From Octopus vulgaris (taxonomy: Eukaryota), in NCBI GenBank assembly GCA_951406725.2, contig OX597819.1, positions 12,214,001 to 12,278,000 of the forward strand: a stretch of 64,000 nt of DNA, in the 5' to 3' direction. This document shows, one piece after another, positions 38,520-53,500 of the stretch. A program made the translations under genes and the position numbers. Under the pieces are notes generated by a model. It saw nothing but the letters and a program-made list of their open reading frames with translations. It ran no database searches and was not told where the DNA came from. The number at the start of each line of letters is the position of its first letter. Position 1 is the first letter of the stretch.

Positions 38520-41500
38520 CTAAAATAAGATAAAAAAATATATATATACATACATATATATTACAGGTACTTTTAATTTAAAAACATGCACCAATTCTAA
38601 ATATCAATCCATTTTCTCTGTCCACTATTGCTGGGAGTCATAGATGTTGAGTCAGGCACATTCTCAGTAGGGTCCTATAAGAAACATCATCCAATTACTA
38701 ATGGGTGTTCCCTCCTGGACCTACTGTGGTGTCTCTGAACACACATCTTTTGGGCTCCCATTCTGCATGAAGAACAAGCTGCAGGCTTACTGCTGGTTGG
38801 ACTGGTCACCACCTTGGTAATGTTCGTCCCTGAGGGTATCTGCCCCACCAGCCTTCTCCCTGCACTATGTTGCTCTCCATCATCAACTTGTTTCCCTGCT
38901 ACATATATCTACAGCAACCTCCACCTGCAAGCCTCTCCTATATTTCTCTCCATTTGATACAATCACCTCATCCACCCCACTAAATGGCCCATGCTTCTAT
39001 ATCACCTCACTTAGTCTCACTATACCCAATGTCCCTTGAAGGCATGTCTCAACATCTGTACCATCATCTCACATTATCAGTATCTTACTTTCCAACTAAT
39101 TCTTTGTTTTTCAACTGGGGTAACCATGTATCTATCTACTCCACAGCAAGACAACTACATCTGTTCCCTCTACACCTTAAATCTCCCAAATGGCACAAAA
39201 CTACATCCACTCAATACTACTTCTCCACCTCCCAGTCAAGGCGTTTTTGTTGTGCAAGGTATCTAGTAACCCTTTTGGTGCTCATGACAAAGCACCCAAT
39301 ACACCAGAAAGTAGTTGGCATTAGGAAGCGCATCCAGCTGTAGAAATCATGTCAAAGACTATGGCTTACCAGCACCTGTCAAACTGTCCAACCCATGCCA
39401 GCATGGAAAACAGGCAGTAGATGATAATGAAATGAATGCTTCTTTTATAGATCTGAACATCCCTTGTGACAGGTGATGTGGTATGGCTATTTTTACAAAC
39501 TCTTTCATATTACAAGCTGGGATTTGTACTGGACTTGTGACACATTCTAAATATCTTCTCTAAAAATTCAATTCAGTGAAAAAGCCAATATACTAAAGTA
39601 CCATAAGAAATACACCTTTTCAAATAATTAACTTAATTGCATAAGGAACTGACTCTTGCCAGTGAAGAAAACAGAAGCAAGATTGAAACCAGCCCTCTCA
39701 CCAAATAGAACCAAATGAACTCACCATTAACTGATAGTGTTGGTTTCATCGGTTGTTTCTCCAAACCTGCAATAATTATTCTTTCTATCCACTCTTTAGT
39801 TTTATATGATGTCTGTGGATTCACCAATCTGAAATAAAGGGGAAAAAAAAAATTTGTCCAGTATTCAGAAGAGGATAGTAAAAATATAAAGATTTGTTAT
39901 AATGGTGTTGGTCATAGCACAGAAAGAATAAATCCCAAAGGTGACAATTTTACACTTAGATGGAAAATATTCAACCTTTCAGAATTACAGGAATGTACTT
40001 GCATAGAAAGTGACTTAATCTGCATGAAATTTTGTCAGTGAACAGGTCATGGTTTCAAAGCAATGGAAATATTTTGACAAATTAAATTTGAAGTGTTGCA
40101 ATTGTTATTGAGTTAAACCAACCACATCTGGCCCAAATATTCTGTTTTATATTCAAACTGGTCAGATCTGGCTCCTCTCACCTACCCTACAATGTCATAC
40201 TAACAATAAACAATTAAATCATTGAAGTTTCTAAGCTACGAGATAATGCAGGATTAATACAAAACAATGTGAATAAATAAGCATCACATTTGAAAAAGTA
40301 ATCAGAATGCCAAGGGTCAAGACCACATTGTAGGCAGAGGTGAGACTGTGTGGTAAGAAGTTTTTGTTTCTCAACCACATGGTCCTGGGTTCAGTCCCAC
40401 TGCATGACACTTTAGGCAAACGTCTACTAGAGCCTCAGGCTGACCAACTTCTTGTACAAGAAGTTGGTCAGCCTGAGGCCTAGTAGACATTTGCCTAAAG
40501 TGTCATGCAGTGGGACTGAACCCAGGACCATGTGGTTGAGAAACAAAAACTTCTTACCACACAGTCTCACCTCTGCCTACAATGTGGTCTTGACCCCTTG
40601 GCATTCTGATTACTTTTTCAAATGTGATGCTTATTTATTCACATTGTTTTGTATTAATCCTGCATTATCTCGTAGCTTAGAAACTTCAATGATTTAATTG
40701 TTTATTGTTAGTATGACATTGTAGGGTAGGTGAGAGGAGCCAGATCTGACCAGTTTGAATATAAAACAGGTAGAATATTTGGGCCATGGGGAAATATCTC
40801 ACTAGGAAAATGGTGAGGTTGGTAACAGAAAGGACATCCAACTATAGGGGATGAAAAAAATCAACCTCAACAAATTCTGTCTGACATGCAAGGAAAGGCA
40901 AGTGGATGCTAAAATGGTTGTTATAGTTACACAAAGTGCTAAGGTTTTTGATATATTAGAGAAAAGTTCTCCAATCGGTTTTATAGGACTTATGCGACAG
41001 TTCTCCATATTTAAACTTGCAACAATAGTTAAGCTACAATTATACATTCTTGCTAGAAAAACAATACTTACTTGGTGGATAATGTATTTTTTTCAAATGT
41101 AAATTCTTGATGTGCAAACTCTGCTTGTTTATATTTTGTGGAATGATAATCGTCAATATAAAGATCTCCTTTGGCAACATCCTGAGAGAGAGAGAGAGTC
41201 AGATACAAAGTATTATAATTTTGGTCCTTTGCAGCTACTACCTATACAACCGATCTAAAATACCTCAACAGCAATATAGAATTAGTGTAAAACTACTACA
41301 AATGAGGTGGTGTATGAGGGAGATGTACTGTTGTAAGTTTTTTAGCAGGGGGATCACATCGTCATATAGAATAATAGCAAAAAATTTAAGGCAGGTTATT
41401 TAAGAAAAACAGGAGATTCTTTGTTGAAAAGACCAATGATTAAAGGTAAACCAGTTATGACATTTAGACTTGTTCAAGAGATTCAGAACTATATTATCTC

Positions 41501-44500
41501 ATTTTAAAGCAGTGGGATGTAATTTAAAGGATTTAAGTCACCTAACCAAGTGGTCCTTAGAGGATTGTTACATGTTAACATAAGCAGTTAGTTCCCATTG
41601 AAAAATTAACAGTTTATGAAGAAATTTTCAGATGGAAATACTTACATTTCTGTCAAGACATACAATCAAAGAGAAAGGGTCATGTCTCATCAAAATAGAC
41701 GAACGTCGCATGCGATACTTCCTTGGAATAATGAAGCCACCACGAATATATACAGGAATCTAGGGAGAAAAAAAAAGGAAGCACATTTCAGTATCTTGGA
41801 TGCTTTTTCTTCATAGAGAAATCATTTCTTTATAATTTACATCTCTCAAAGAAGTTGAAAATGAGTTTGTTTATCATTGAATTTAATCAACAAAAGAATA
41901 AATTAATATATTCCTATCCTTTTGTTTCCTTGTTATTAAAACATCTTGACATTAGTTATTTAATTAGTATTTACAGTGTGGAAGGTAAACCATTAGATTC
42001 ACTTCAACATTTAAATTTTAATTTTGGCAAATTAAATTTAAATGTTGAAGTGAATCTAACGGTTTTTGTGTGTTTCTTAAATGGCTTATAAATACCTTCC
42101 ACGCTGCAATTATTTTCGTTCCAGCACACGATCTTAGATCAGGTCACTTGCTATGCAAGTACATCTCTGTAATTAGTATTAAAATATTTATAATGGAGGT
42201 GCACGGCTCGGTGGTTAGGGTATTCAGCTCATGATAACAAGGTTAGGAGTTCGATTCCTGGTGGATCATTGTGTCCTTGAGCAAGACACTTCATTTCACA
42301 TTACTCCACTCCACTCCACTCAGCTGGTAAAAAGGAGTTGTACCTGTATTTCAAAGGGCCAACCATGCCAAAGTTTGCATCATGCTGAATCTCCCTCAGG
42401 GACTACATTAAGGGTACACCTGTCTGTGGAGCTCTCAACCACTTGTACATTAATTTCACGAGCAGGATGTTCCAGATCAACTGGAAACCTCATCATCATA
42501 ACCAACAGAGTGCCAATTAAAGTAAAGACAATAACCCCTTGCCATATCGCAGTTTATTTAAGCTTATGTCGATCCCTCCATGGTGATATATATATATAAA
42601 TTATAAAAATAATAAAGAAAAATACAGTACAGTACTGTTTCTACTTCATGGATTTTCACCTATTGTGGTAGGTTTCGGAATGTAATGTCCGTGATAGTTG
42701 AGGGATTCCTGTACATGTTTCTGAACAACAAAAAAATGCATTAAGAAATAGAAAAAAAATTGCAAATGTTTACCTTATCTAAAGGAGCATCTACCTGGAC
42801 GCTCTGACCGCCAGCAAAACTCTTGAAGTTCATAATGTCATACCAGATCTAGCAAAAGCAGAATTTACAAACACATTCATCAAGTAATATAAATACAGTA
42901 TAATTGATTGACTTCAACTGGTAAATTGGTTCATAGAACTTTTACCAATTTCATCACAGAAAGTACTTGTTGTAATAAAACACCTTTTACGAAGAGAGGT
43001 AGTTAAGTGAGAATATTGCTCTTAACTGAGTTGAATGAATGGTCAGTAGTTTTGTGAGAGAGTAAATCAACCAGAAGACAGAGTCTTAGTAAATTAAACG
43101 ATTATTAACATTTTATTGCAAATGTGTTCAATGCAGCAGATTGAATAGACTCCCGAAACTGAAGCAAAAAGGAGTTTCCGGGTGTCCACTCATGACTTCG
43201 AAGGTACACGAGGTGTCTGCAAAAATACATGTAAAGACTCACTAATATTTTTGCAGTCATCATCATCATTCAACATCCGTTCTCCATGCTGGCATGGATT
43301 GGATGGTTTGACTAGGCTAGCACACTGGAAGGCTGCACCAGGATCCAGTTTGATTTGGCATGGCTTTTTACAGCTGGATGTCCCTCCTAACGCCAATCAC
43401 TCAGAGTGCTTTTACGTGTCACCAACACAGGTACTATTTGTGTGACACTGGTATCGGCCATGATCACAATTTTGCTTGGCTTGATGGGTCTTCTCAAGCA
43501 CGACATAATGCCAAAGGTCTTGGCCATGTTTCTGCAAGGCCCAAAACTCGAAAGGAACAGCCACCTCGCCTCTGTGAGGCCCATTCAAAAGGAACTTGGC
43601 CACCTCTCCAGGATTAGCAGGCTGAATGCCTGATATTATACATGATGGCTGTACTTAAGTGGAGTTGCCATACTAGTGACTGAAGGTAGAAGAGATGTGC
43701 GTGCCATCACACATTGGTTGAGAAATCAACACAGACAGCACAGTGAGGACTTGTTGACAAATCAACTTCCAATTGCCAACTTTTGAGGGAGTTAAATTTT
43801 AGACGCACAAAAACAGACAAATTAGAATGAGGCTAATACAAGTTAATGCACCCACAACTATATGAGGGCCCTCATTACTCAATATGTTGTCCAACTACAC
43901 CTAAGAGAAAATAATCCTAACATGTGGCTATAACATCATCGGGAGCTCAATGTTTTACTTTCAGCCAGCAGCATGTTTTTACATGCACAGGTATGACTAT
44001 GATAGATGTGGTTGTATGGTAAAGCAATTCACTTCTCAATGCTGTGGTGCCAGGTTCAGTCCCATTGCACTGCACCTTTGCTGAACAAAGTCTTGCTAGT
44101 GGATTTGGTAGATGAAAACCAAGTGAGTGATTGAGTGTATGCTTGTGTGTGTGTGTGTGTCTGTCTGTGTCTTCATTTCAAGTGTTAACACTTTATCTGC
44201 CATGGTGGGGCCTGAAAGAATGTATAAAATTTTAATTGGTCTGAAGAGTGTAATAGACAGATAAGGGTCTTGAAATACCCCTCAGCCTTTATTTCTGATT
44301 AACAAACTCATGACTTCCTTACAATTCATGAAAACATGTGGCTTAGCGGTTAGAGTGATGCACTCAATCTTACAACCATGGTTTCAATTCCGAGACTGGG
44401 CAGTATATTGTATTCATCCTCATCATCATTTAATGTCCACTTTCCATGCTGGTACGGGTTTGATGGTTCAACTGAAGACTGGCAAGCCAGGAGGCTGTAC

Positions 44501-47500
44501 CAGTCTCCAATCCTAATGCCAACCACTCTCAGAGTGTAGTGGGTGCTTTTTACATGACACTGGCATCGACCACCTTCAGATGGTGGCTTTTTATGTGCCA
44601 CCGGAATGGGAGCCAGTCAGGTGGCACTGGCACTGATCATGTTTGGATGGTGCTTATTATGTGCCACCAGCACGGGTGCCAGCCAGGCGTCATGACTCTT
44701 CAGCAAAACACTTCATTTCATGTCACCCCAGTCTACTCAGCCATGCATTCCAACAATAGCTGAGAAATTAACCTTGCAACAGACTGGCATCCTGTTTGGG
44801 GTTAAGGGCTGTAATCCCACTAATTCATATGCTATGGGCATTGGGGTAAGTTCCAGCTCACAACAGACCCAATTCAGGGCATGATGGATCACTGAAATTT
44901 ATGAAAAGAGAATTTTTTAAAAATTCAAGAAGCAATTACCAACCTCTCCTTTGCCAGGAAAGTGGACACCAGTTGATGTTACACCAGGATCAACTACAGG
45001 TTTAACCAGTAGAGCAGGACCTAAAAATGAGAATTGGAGCAAAATTAAGGAAATAAAATCATTAAAGAACATAAAGCAGTGGTAATAAACGTCAACACAA
45101 TGAGCAACAGACATAATTAAATATGTTGATCAATAAAGGCAATGGCGAAGGATCGAGATCTCTGGAGATGTGCTGTGACTGCAAAGACCCGGGCTGCATC
45201 CTGCACTAGTTCCGCATAGCCCCCTGCCCATTCAAAGTACCCTGGATCCCGGAACGTCTCGCTGTGCTTGAGGAGACCTGTTGAGTCATGAACATGAACA
45301 TTGAAATAAATATCAATGGAAATAGTAGTTGTGATACCTGTGCCGGTGGCACATAAAAAGCACCATCCGTACGTGGCCGTTGCCAGCCCACCCCGACTGG
45401 CTTCTGTGCCGGTGGCACATAAAAAGCACCACCTGAACATGGCCGATGCCAGCGCCGCCCCGACTGGCTTCTGTGCCGGTGGCACATAAAAAGCACCATC
45501 CGAACGGTGGCACGTTAAAAGCTCCAACCGATCGTAGCCGATGCCAGACCCCCCTGGCACCTGTGCAGGTGGCACGTAAAAAGCACCCACTACACCCGCG
45601 GAGTGGTTGGCGTTAGGAAGGGCATCAAGTTGTAGAAACTCTGCCAGATCAGACTGGAGCCTGGTGCAGCCCCTGGCTTCCCAGACCCCGGTCGAACCGT
45701 CCAACCCATGCTAGCGCGGAAAACAGACGTTAAACGATGATGATGATGATGATGATGACAGTTGTTTAATGAAACCAGTCTAAATTTGTGATTATTTTAG
45801 AATTTAATTGAAACTCATAAGGGTTTTACTTAGAAATATAGTAACAAAAGGGTTAATGATACAGCAGAGAAGAGAGAGAGAGGACGGGTGAAAGGGGACA
45901 CTTGACCAAGGTAGTACACAGAGGGACTAAACTCAATACCCTTCTTCACCACCCAGCCATAGCAACATGTCTGCAACAATGAAATAGCTTTACATACCAA
46001 GCAGATATTCATCATCTGTTTTAAAAATTGAAGACTCCTCAGGAAATTCAACCCACAATGGGATCATGACAGGCATTCCAGATTTCTCACTGTGTCTAAA
46101 CAAAGTGTACCAATATGGTAGGAAGGTGTAACGAGTGTGTATAGCATTTCGGATTATGTTCTTGTTCATTTCTGGCAGCAACCAAGGTTCTCGACGCTTA
46201 GTATCTAAATGAGCATGAGCTCGGAAAAATGGTTGGAACGCAGCAGCCTATGAAAGAGGTAAATCACAGAGATGAGACATAATATTAATTTGTAGATTGA
46301 GATAATTAGATACAAGTTGTTTAAAGTAGCTGGATGGACAATATATCATTAACGACTCTGTTAATTGACCAATAATCAGTTCATACATTCATTATAAGTA
46401 TATCAATGTGTGTGTGCATAGCCATAGTTCATTCAAAATTGTAAATATTTTGAAGTAGCAAATGATAGACTAAATCTACTGCCCAGTGTAACAATCGGTG
46501 CCAGTCTGTTTCATTACAGTGATTCTGGTCCAGGTATCCAGTCGGACAATAACTTGATGCCCTGTTGCAATGAACCACAAGTCGACTAAATCACATACAA
46601 GCAATATGGTCACAGAAGATAATTGTCTTATTGGGAAGTTGCAAAGATAGATACAATGAGTACGATAATAGTAACCAGTTTATCTTAAGCTTGGTGTTTT
46701 TACGTGCCACCGGCACGGAGGCCAGGCGAGGCTGGCAACGGCCACGATCCGATCCACCATCCGATCGTGGCCGTTTGCCAGCCTCGCCTGGCCTCCGTGC
46801 CGGTGGCACGTAAAGGCACCATCCGACCGTGGCCGTTTGCCAGACTTGTCTGGCACCTGTGCAGGTGGCACGTAAAAAGCACCCACTACACTCATGGAGT
46901 GGTTGGGGTTAGGAAGGGCATCCAGCCGTAGAAACATTGCCAGATCAGACTGGGCCTGGTGCAGCCTTCTGGCTTCCCAGACCCCAGTTGCACCATCCAA
47001 CCCAAGCCAGCATGGAAAGCGGATGCTAAACGATGATGATGATGTTCAAGGATTTGTACTTACTTGATACCAGCGTGTCAGTAACTCAGGGTCGGGATTA
47101 CGGAAGAAACCACCAACGTCAGCTCCAGAGAATGGCATCCCAGCAACATTTAATGACAGCATCATTGGTACAGACATTTTCAAGTGACCCCATTCACCTG
47201 TGTTATCACCAGTCCAGACAGCAGCTGAAGAAAGAATATTGTTTGCCATCAGTTAAATTTACATTTACCTATATGATAACAATGATTTCAAATTTTGGTA
47301 CAATTTCAGGGGCGAGGGGGGGGGGGTAAGTGGATTACACTGACTCCTGTGCTAAACTGATACTTATATTACTGACCCCAAAACAATGAAATGCTGCTAA
47401 GCATTTTGCCCGGCTTAATTACAATTCTGCTGTTATTGTGTTTTGTCTTGGTGTAAAAGATGGGCTACAGCAAATATTCTTCTCAATACCACAGATTTGC

Positions 47501-50500
47501 TTGTCAGTTGCTTGACCATGGCCATTTGAGCATGTCCCTTAGTGGCTGATATTGTACGCATCTGATCACAAGCAGAAGTAGTGGGGGAGCATCATAGCCA
47601 TGTGTTGAGAGGAATTCTTTGGGGTCTGAATAATTTGGCTCTGGAAACATGGGTCTTTCGTTCATCATTCTTAAACCTTATTCGGGTACCTTTTGAGCAG
47701 GATGGGCTACTCAACCTGAAGAAAATTCTAACTGCAAGGTCATGCGCTGTTTATCTTGATACGACATCCCATTGCATACATATGGTTGTGGTGCATGTGC
47801 CTGGTGTACCCTTATCAGACGAGTAGTCATGATGGGTATACTGGGCTTTACATATTTGTAACCCAGTGTCATTTTGATGCACTGCTCTCACTCAATAATA
47901 ATTATGGTTACAGATTCTGGCACAGAGCCAGCAATTTTGAATGGAAGAAGCAAGCTGATTACATCCACTAGAATACATGACTGATACTTGATCAATCCCA
48001 AAAGGACAAATGGCAAAGGAATTTGAACTCAGAATGGAGAGAGCCAGAAGAAATGCCATTAAGAATTTTCTCTAATGTGCTGACAATCCTGCCAGCTCAC
48101 CACCTTCAAATATTAATATCAGTGTTTTAACATCCACTTTCCCTTGCTTGCATGGACCAGACACAATTTGTCGAAGCAGATTTTCTATGGCTAGATGCCC
48201 TTCCAGTTGTGAACACTCATTTCATCATTTAACATCCATCTTCCATGCATCCATGGGTAGGACGGTTGACAGGAGCCAACCAGGTAGAAAAACTACCCAA
48301 GGCTACTTTTTGTCTGTTTTGACAGAGATTTTACGGCTGGATGCCTTTCCTAACACCAACCACTTTGCAGAGTCGGCTCAGTGCTTTTTATGTGGCACTA
48401 GCAGAGGCGAGATTAGTTTTGACATGATTTTTTACAGCTGGATGCCCTTCCAAACACCAACCACATTACAATGTGGACTCTCCATTGGCAGACAGGCAGT
48501 GGTTATTCTTTATTTAAAAAATTTTTTTGTTAGACAAAACTGGGAAACCAGTAACTATGATGGTGATGCTCATTTACAATGGTCACACGATCTGTCAAAA
48601 AGTCCATTGTGTGCCTGTGTAGGCACTTGTGTCAGCATGCGTGCTTTGTGTCTTGTCATCACAACAGCTTCAAGTGGTTGTCATACAAGCAGTTATTTGC
48701 ACTAAGCAGTGAAAACTTGTCTAACTATGGAGAGATATTACTTTGCTTGGAAACAGGTGATGGTTGGCAGCAGGAAAGGCATCCAGGCATAGAAAATCTG
48801 TCTCATAACGATGTCCCATCCATGAAAGCATGGAAAAGTGGACTTTAAAACAATAATGCTGACGATCTAGTGATATAGCTAATGAGGGTTGACATGGGTT
48901 ATACAGCAGTCATCAACAATTGGCACGAAATGTAAGAAAAGTGTATTTTGCATACAAATTAATTTGTTAAAATTGTTTGTATTTTTCTTTTCTTGGGTTG
49001 TTATAGAATTTGTTTTTATTTTAAAGACTTAAATGCAAAAATTTCTTACCATATCTTTGAGAACCAGCAAATATTGCCCTTGTAAGAACAAATGAACGTT
49101 CTTGATGATTTGATCTTGCAAGAATACCTTCCATTGTTGCACGATGCTGAAATGAAAAAAAATTACATGAAATTCTATCAAAAACAAGAAAACCCACCAG
49201 TGCCTCCTCAGTATCTGATACGTTAAGCATTTACCCCTAATTCTCATCCCCTAGCATGTACCACTCCCCCACCAACTGCTGTAATCACGTGAGAGCAAAA
49301 TTGGCACATACTGCACTCCCTCCTTCCCCAGGACCACCTCCATTCCTCATTATCATCCCAGCCCACAGTATTTCTACTAAGCACCCCCTTTCTGTGCCAC
49401 TACCCACTATCCCCTCTGCCAAACTCCATTCTTAACACTTATCTTCTATCATTCTTAATGCCCACCTATATCTATCATCATGCCTTATTTATAGCCCCAG
49501 CACCATCCATTCGTGGGGTCCCCCGTGCCGGTGGCACGTAAAAGTACCATCCGTTTGTGGCCGTTTGCCAGCTCCGGGTGGCACGTAAAAAGCACCCACT
49601 ACACTCATGGAGTGGTTGGCGTTAGGAAGGGCATCCAGCTGTAGAAACACTGCCAGATCAGACTGGGCCTAATGCAGCCTTCTGGCTTCACAGACCCCAG
49701 TTGAACCGTCCAACCCATGCTAGCATGGAAAGCGGACGCTAAATGATGATGATGATTATGATGATTATTATATATCTCTGATCTCCCTTACCACTGCTCA
49801 TAATCTTCACACATTATCCCTCTACATTCTGATCTATTCACCTTCCTGAGTTATCCCCATATCTCACCATACTGGCATTTCTCTTCAACTGCTCCTCTAC
49901 TCATGTTCAACACTAACATTCATCCCTACACTCATCTATTACCCCTATCTTTCACATTCTTATGAATGTATCTACTCCCTCCCATGAGCCCCTGTCCATA
50001 TCCCTCTTACAATCAGCCTCTTGTACCTTGAGAGTTTGTTCTTGCACTGTCACTACCATTCTGTTATCTCCTTTGGCCATGTAACACCTCCTTAAGACAT
50101 CTGTGCGGGTCCTTCTTTCATACTTCAGTCTTTCGACACCTGGCATAAAGCCACAAACTTCCACCTCCCCCTCACAAATACTTCCCTCTAAGTAACTGGA
50201 GTTTTTTCTCAGTTCTTTTTGTTTCGTAAGTTTACACAGCAACCTCACTGGTGTTGGTAGCACGAAAAAAAAAAAAAAAAAAAAAAGCACCCAGTACACA
50301 CTATAAAGCAGTTGGCATCAGGAAAAGCATGCAGCCACAGAAACCATGCTAAAGCAGAAACTGGAGCTTGAACCAGTCTTACAGCTTCCTGGATCCTATT
50401 AATCCATCCAACTCATGCCAGCATTGAAAATGGACATGAAATGAGTTTTCTTTGGATTTTACCATTTTTTCCCCCTTCTTTTTAATACTCCACTGGATTC

Positions 50501-53500
50501 ATACTGCTACCTTGTCAGCAGAGACTGGCTTTGCACTGTGCAATTACTTCAAACAATGTTCATGTGGATATTGGTAACTACGAACAGAGCAACTACAAAG
50601 TAGGTAAGCCCTAGTCAAATGTGGGGACCACAAAGGATGAAGTCAATGAAGAAACCTCTAAATGGTTACTCGAACAGCTAGAAGTAGTAACCAAATTCCA
50701 TTATATTATACACACTACTAAAGGAAAGGACACACTGGATAATGTGATTCCGTATATACTGAAAAGTTATGGTCATGGGTGGAAAGCCTTTGATCTGAGG
50801 TGTACAGCTAAAGGGCAAGACAAGGAAAAAAAAAGATAGGGTTACTTAAACACGAAACTAAAAGTGGGTCCTAGCATAAATATGGATTTGTTTGGACTTT
50901 AATAGTGTAGATGGGTGGGGTGGCAGAGATAGCTTCATTATTTACCTACCTAAGCAAAAGTGTTTTAGAAGTGTAAATCTGAAAACTATTAATTAGAACA
51001 TTTCTATACAGTGTATTCTCAACAGAACATTAACAAATAAGGAAACTCGTGAAAAGAAAAATCTTTTCCTTCAAGAAAACCTGCAGCAAACTAGTTTACA
51101 CAAAAACATCTCGAATTAAATGGCTAGAAAGAATCTATATATACTCACTACATGCATTCCATATATATTGTGAATATCACGATGTTCCCATCCATTCACA
51201 TGGATTAAGTCTTTTGGCATGGTAATCTCTGGGCCATTGAATACAGATGGCTCATTCATGTCATTCCATATAAAAACATCCTTTGTAGTTCCTTTGTATT
51301 CTTTGAAGTCAAATTTACTAGCCCACCATTCACGTACATTTGGATCCAAGAAATCAGGCCAGCTGGATGATCCTGAAAGAAGAAAGAAAAAAAAAATCAA
51401 TAAGATTGAATGGAATTGCCTATGTGAAGTTTACAAGCTTAGGAGGCTAAACAATATAATCATTTTAATAAGTAGAGAGAATAAGAATTCTACACACTGG
51501 ATAAATCTATACAGTGCAATATACAATTGTAAACTGTGTGAGAGAGAGATATGATGTATTATCTTAAGTTAACCCTTTGGCGTTCAGATTAATTTGTCAA
51601 AAGTAATCCTTATTTATTCAGATTTAAAAAAATTTATCTGATATTATTTTGTACCTTCAAGATAGGAAAGATGTAATTGCTTATTTTTAGAATGACATTG
51701 CAGGGTAGGTGTGAGATGCATGTTCTGGCAAGTTTGAGCATAAAATGTGTAGAATATTTGGGCCGGATATAGCCGGTTTAAACACTAAAGGGTTAAATAC
51801 CTAACTTAATCTTTACAGAAACAATATATATTTCCAAAAATTACTGAACACACGTTGTAAGGCATATTCTAACTTCTGAAGCTTCATTTATTACCTCCAT
51901 CTTAGAAATGGTGGAGGTATTGTTTTCAGTTGTTTGTTTATGGACAAGATATCTCAAGAACCACTCAATAGATTCAGATGAAACTTTCAGGGATATTTGG
52001 CCTTGTGACTGGCATAAACTGATTAGATTTTGGGATCAATCCGACACTGGACAAGGATTCTGGATTATTTTTCCGTTTTGTTTTTTTAAACTTAATTTTT
52101 GAGAGCAGTTGGGTTCATTTTCCGTATTCTCAATTGTGAGAGCAGTTGAGTTTATTTCAGATATTCTATTTTTAAATTTCATCTCTGGCTAATTATTGAG
52201 AGGATGTTAGTGTTGCCTTGACGAAGGTTTGTGCTCTCTAAATGTTCTTGTTTTAAGGCTTAATCAGATTGGTCAAATTTATGCGGTGAGTGGTCAGCTT
52301 GACCATCAGTAAATTATCTCCAAGAAAAACAAAGACGTGAAAGGAATTCTAGAAAGGTGATGTCCTCTGCTAAAAGCAATAGCACTGTTCCATATATAAT
52401 ACAAAGTATTTTTTGTGTGGCCAGTTCGCTTAAGGAAACTTGAAATTACAGCACCTCATTTGCTCTAATTAACTTGCATTTTAACCCACAACAAACTTCA
52501 AAGTTACACAATATTTATACACATGAATTTACTCAGAGTAAAGAGACGTATTTATTTTTTAAGGTTCATACAAGTTAGTAGAATTAAATTTTTACTCAAA
52601 GTCGTATGAGTTACATGCAGCTAATATGAACAGGGTTACTCAGATCAAACAAAATTAGAATAAAAAATATGGCCAGCCACAGTCATGTTGTCTTTTTCGA
52701 GACAGTGTATCTAGGATCACAATACTGTCCATTGTTTTAACATCCATTTTTCCATGCTTGCATGGGTCAGAGAATATGCTGAGGCAGGGTTTCTACAGCT
52801 GCATGCCCTGCATGTTGTCAGCTCTCACCTGTTTTCAAGTAAGGTAATATATTTCCCAGTGGCCAGACACATTTTTCACAAAAGACGATGCTGATTTTCA
52901 ATCATCACAGGATAACAAGAGTAACACATACACACACACACGTACTATATGTGTGGGTTTCTCTCAGTTTTTGTCAACCAAATGCAGTCACAGGTTTTGG
53001 TTGACCCTGAAGACATTTGGCCAAGATTTCGCACAGTGGGGCTGAAATCAAAACTACATGGTTGGGAAGCAAGTTTCGAAGCCACACAGCAACACCTGCA
53101 CCAAACAAGTCTGCTTTTTAAGACTGAAGGTGATAGCAATATGGTTGCTATTTCTATCAGATTGAGCAAATGCACAGAGGCTCCCTTGTTTGGTTTAAAA
53201 TCTTCTTGTCTCAAAAGATTCAAGGAAAATGCTCCGGATCCAAAGCAAGCACTCACAAACAGGGGAAGTTAAAACAATGTTCTCTCCAGTCTAGATCTAC
53301 ATAATCTAATGTGTCCATCATCATCATTTAGTGTCCATTTTCCATGCTGGCATGGGTTGGGTGGTCTCTGACTGAGAACTGGCAAGCAAGTAGGCTGCAC
53401 CAGGCACCGGTCTGATATCTACAGTCAGTACAACTATAACTTTCTTACCACAACATTAAAAACGTGGCTGTGTAGTCAAGAAGCAGGAGGTCTCAGGTTC

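Noticed and set aside
44238-44287. Possible degenerate hammerhead (CTGAAGAG...TTGAAA...TCAGCC)
   Set aside because: Helices II and III do not pair convincingly
45330-45590. CRISPR-like repeat-spacer appearance
   Set aside because: Spacers are homologous to one another, the array is internal to a dispersed retroelement, and the context is eukaryotic with no cas genes
45117-45704. 195-aa ORF with homologs at 24616, 46680 and 61872
   Set aside because: Antisense reading of the GC-rich family-2 repeat; no recognisable domain
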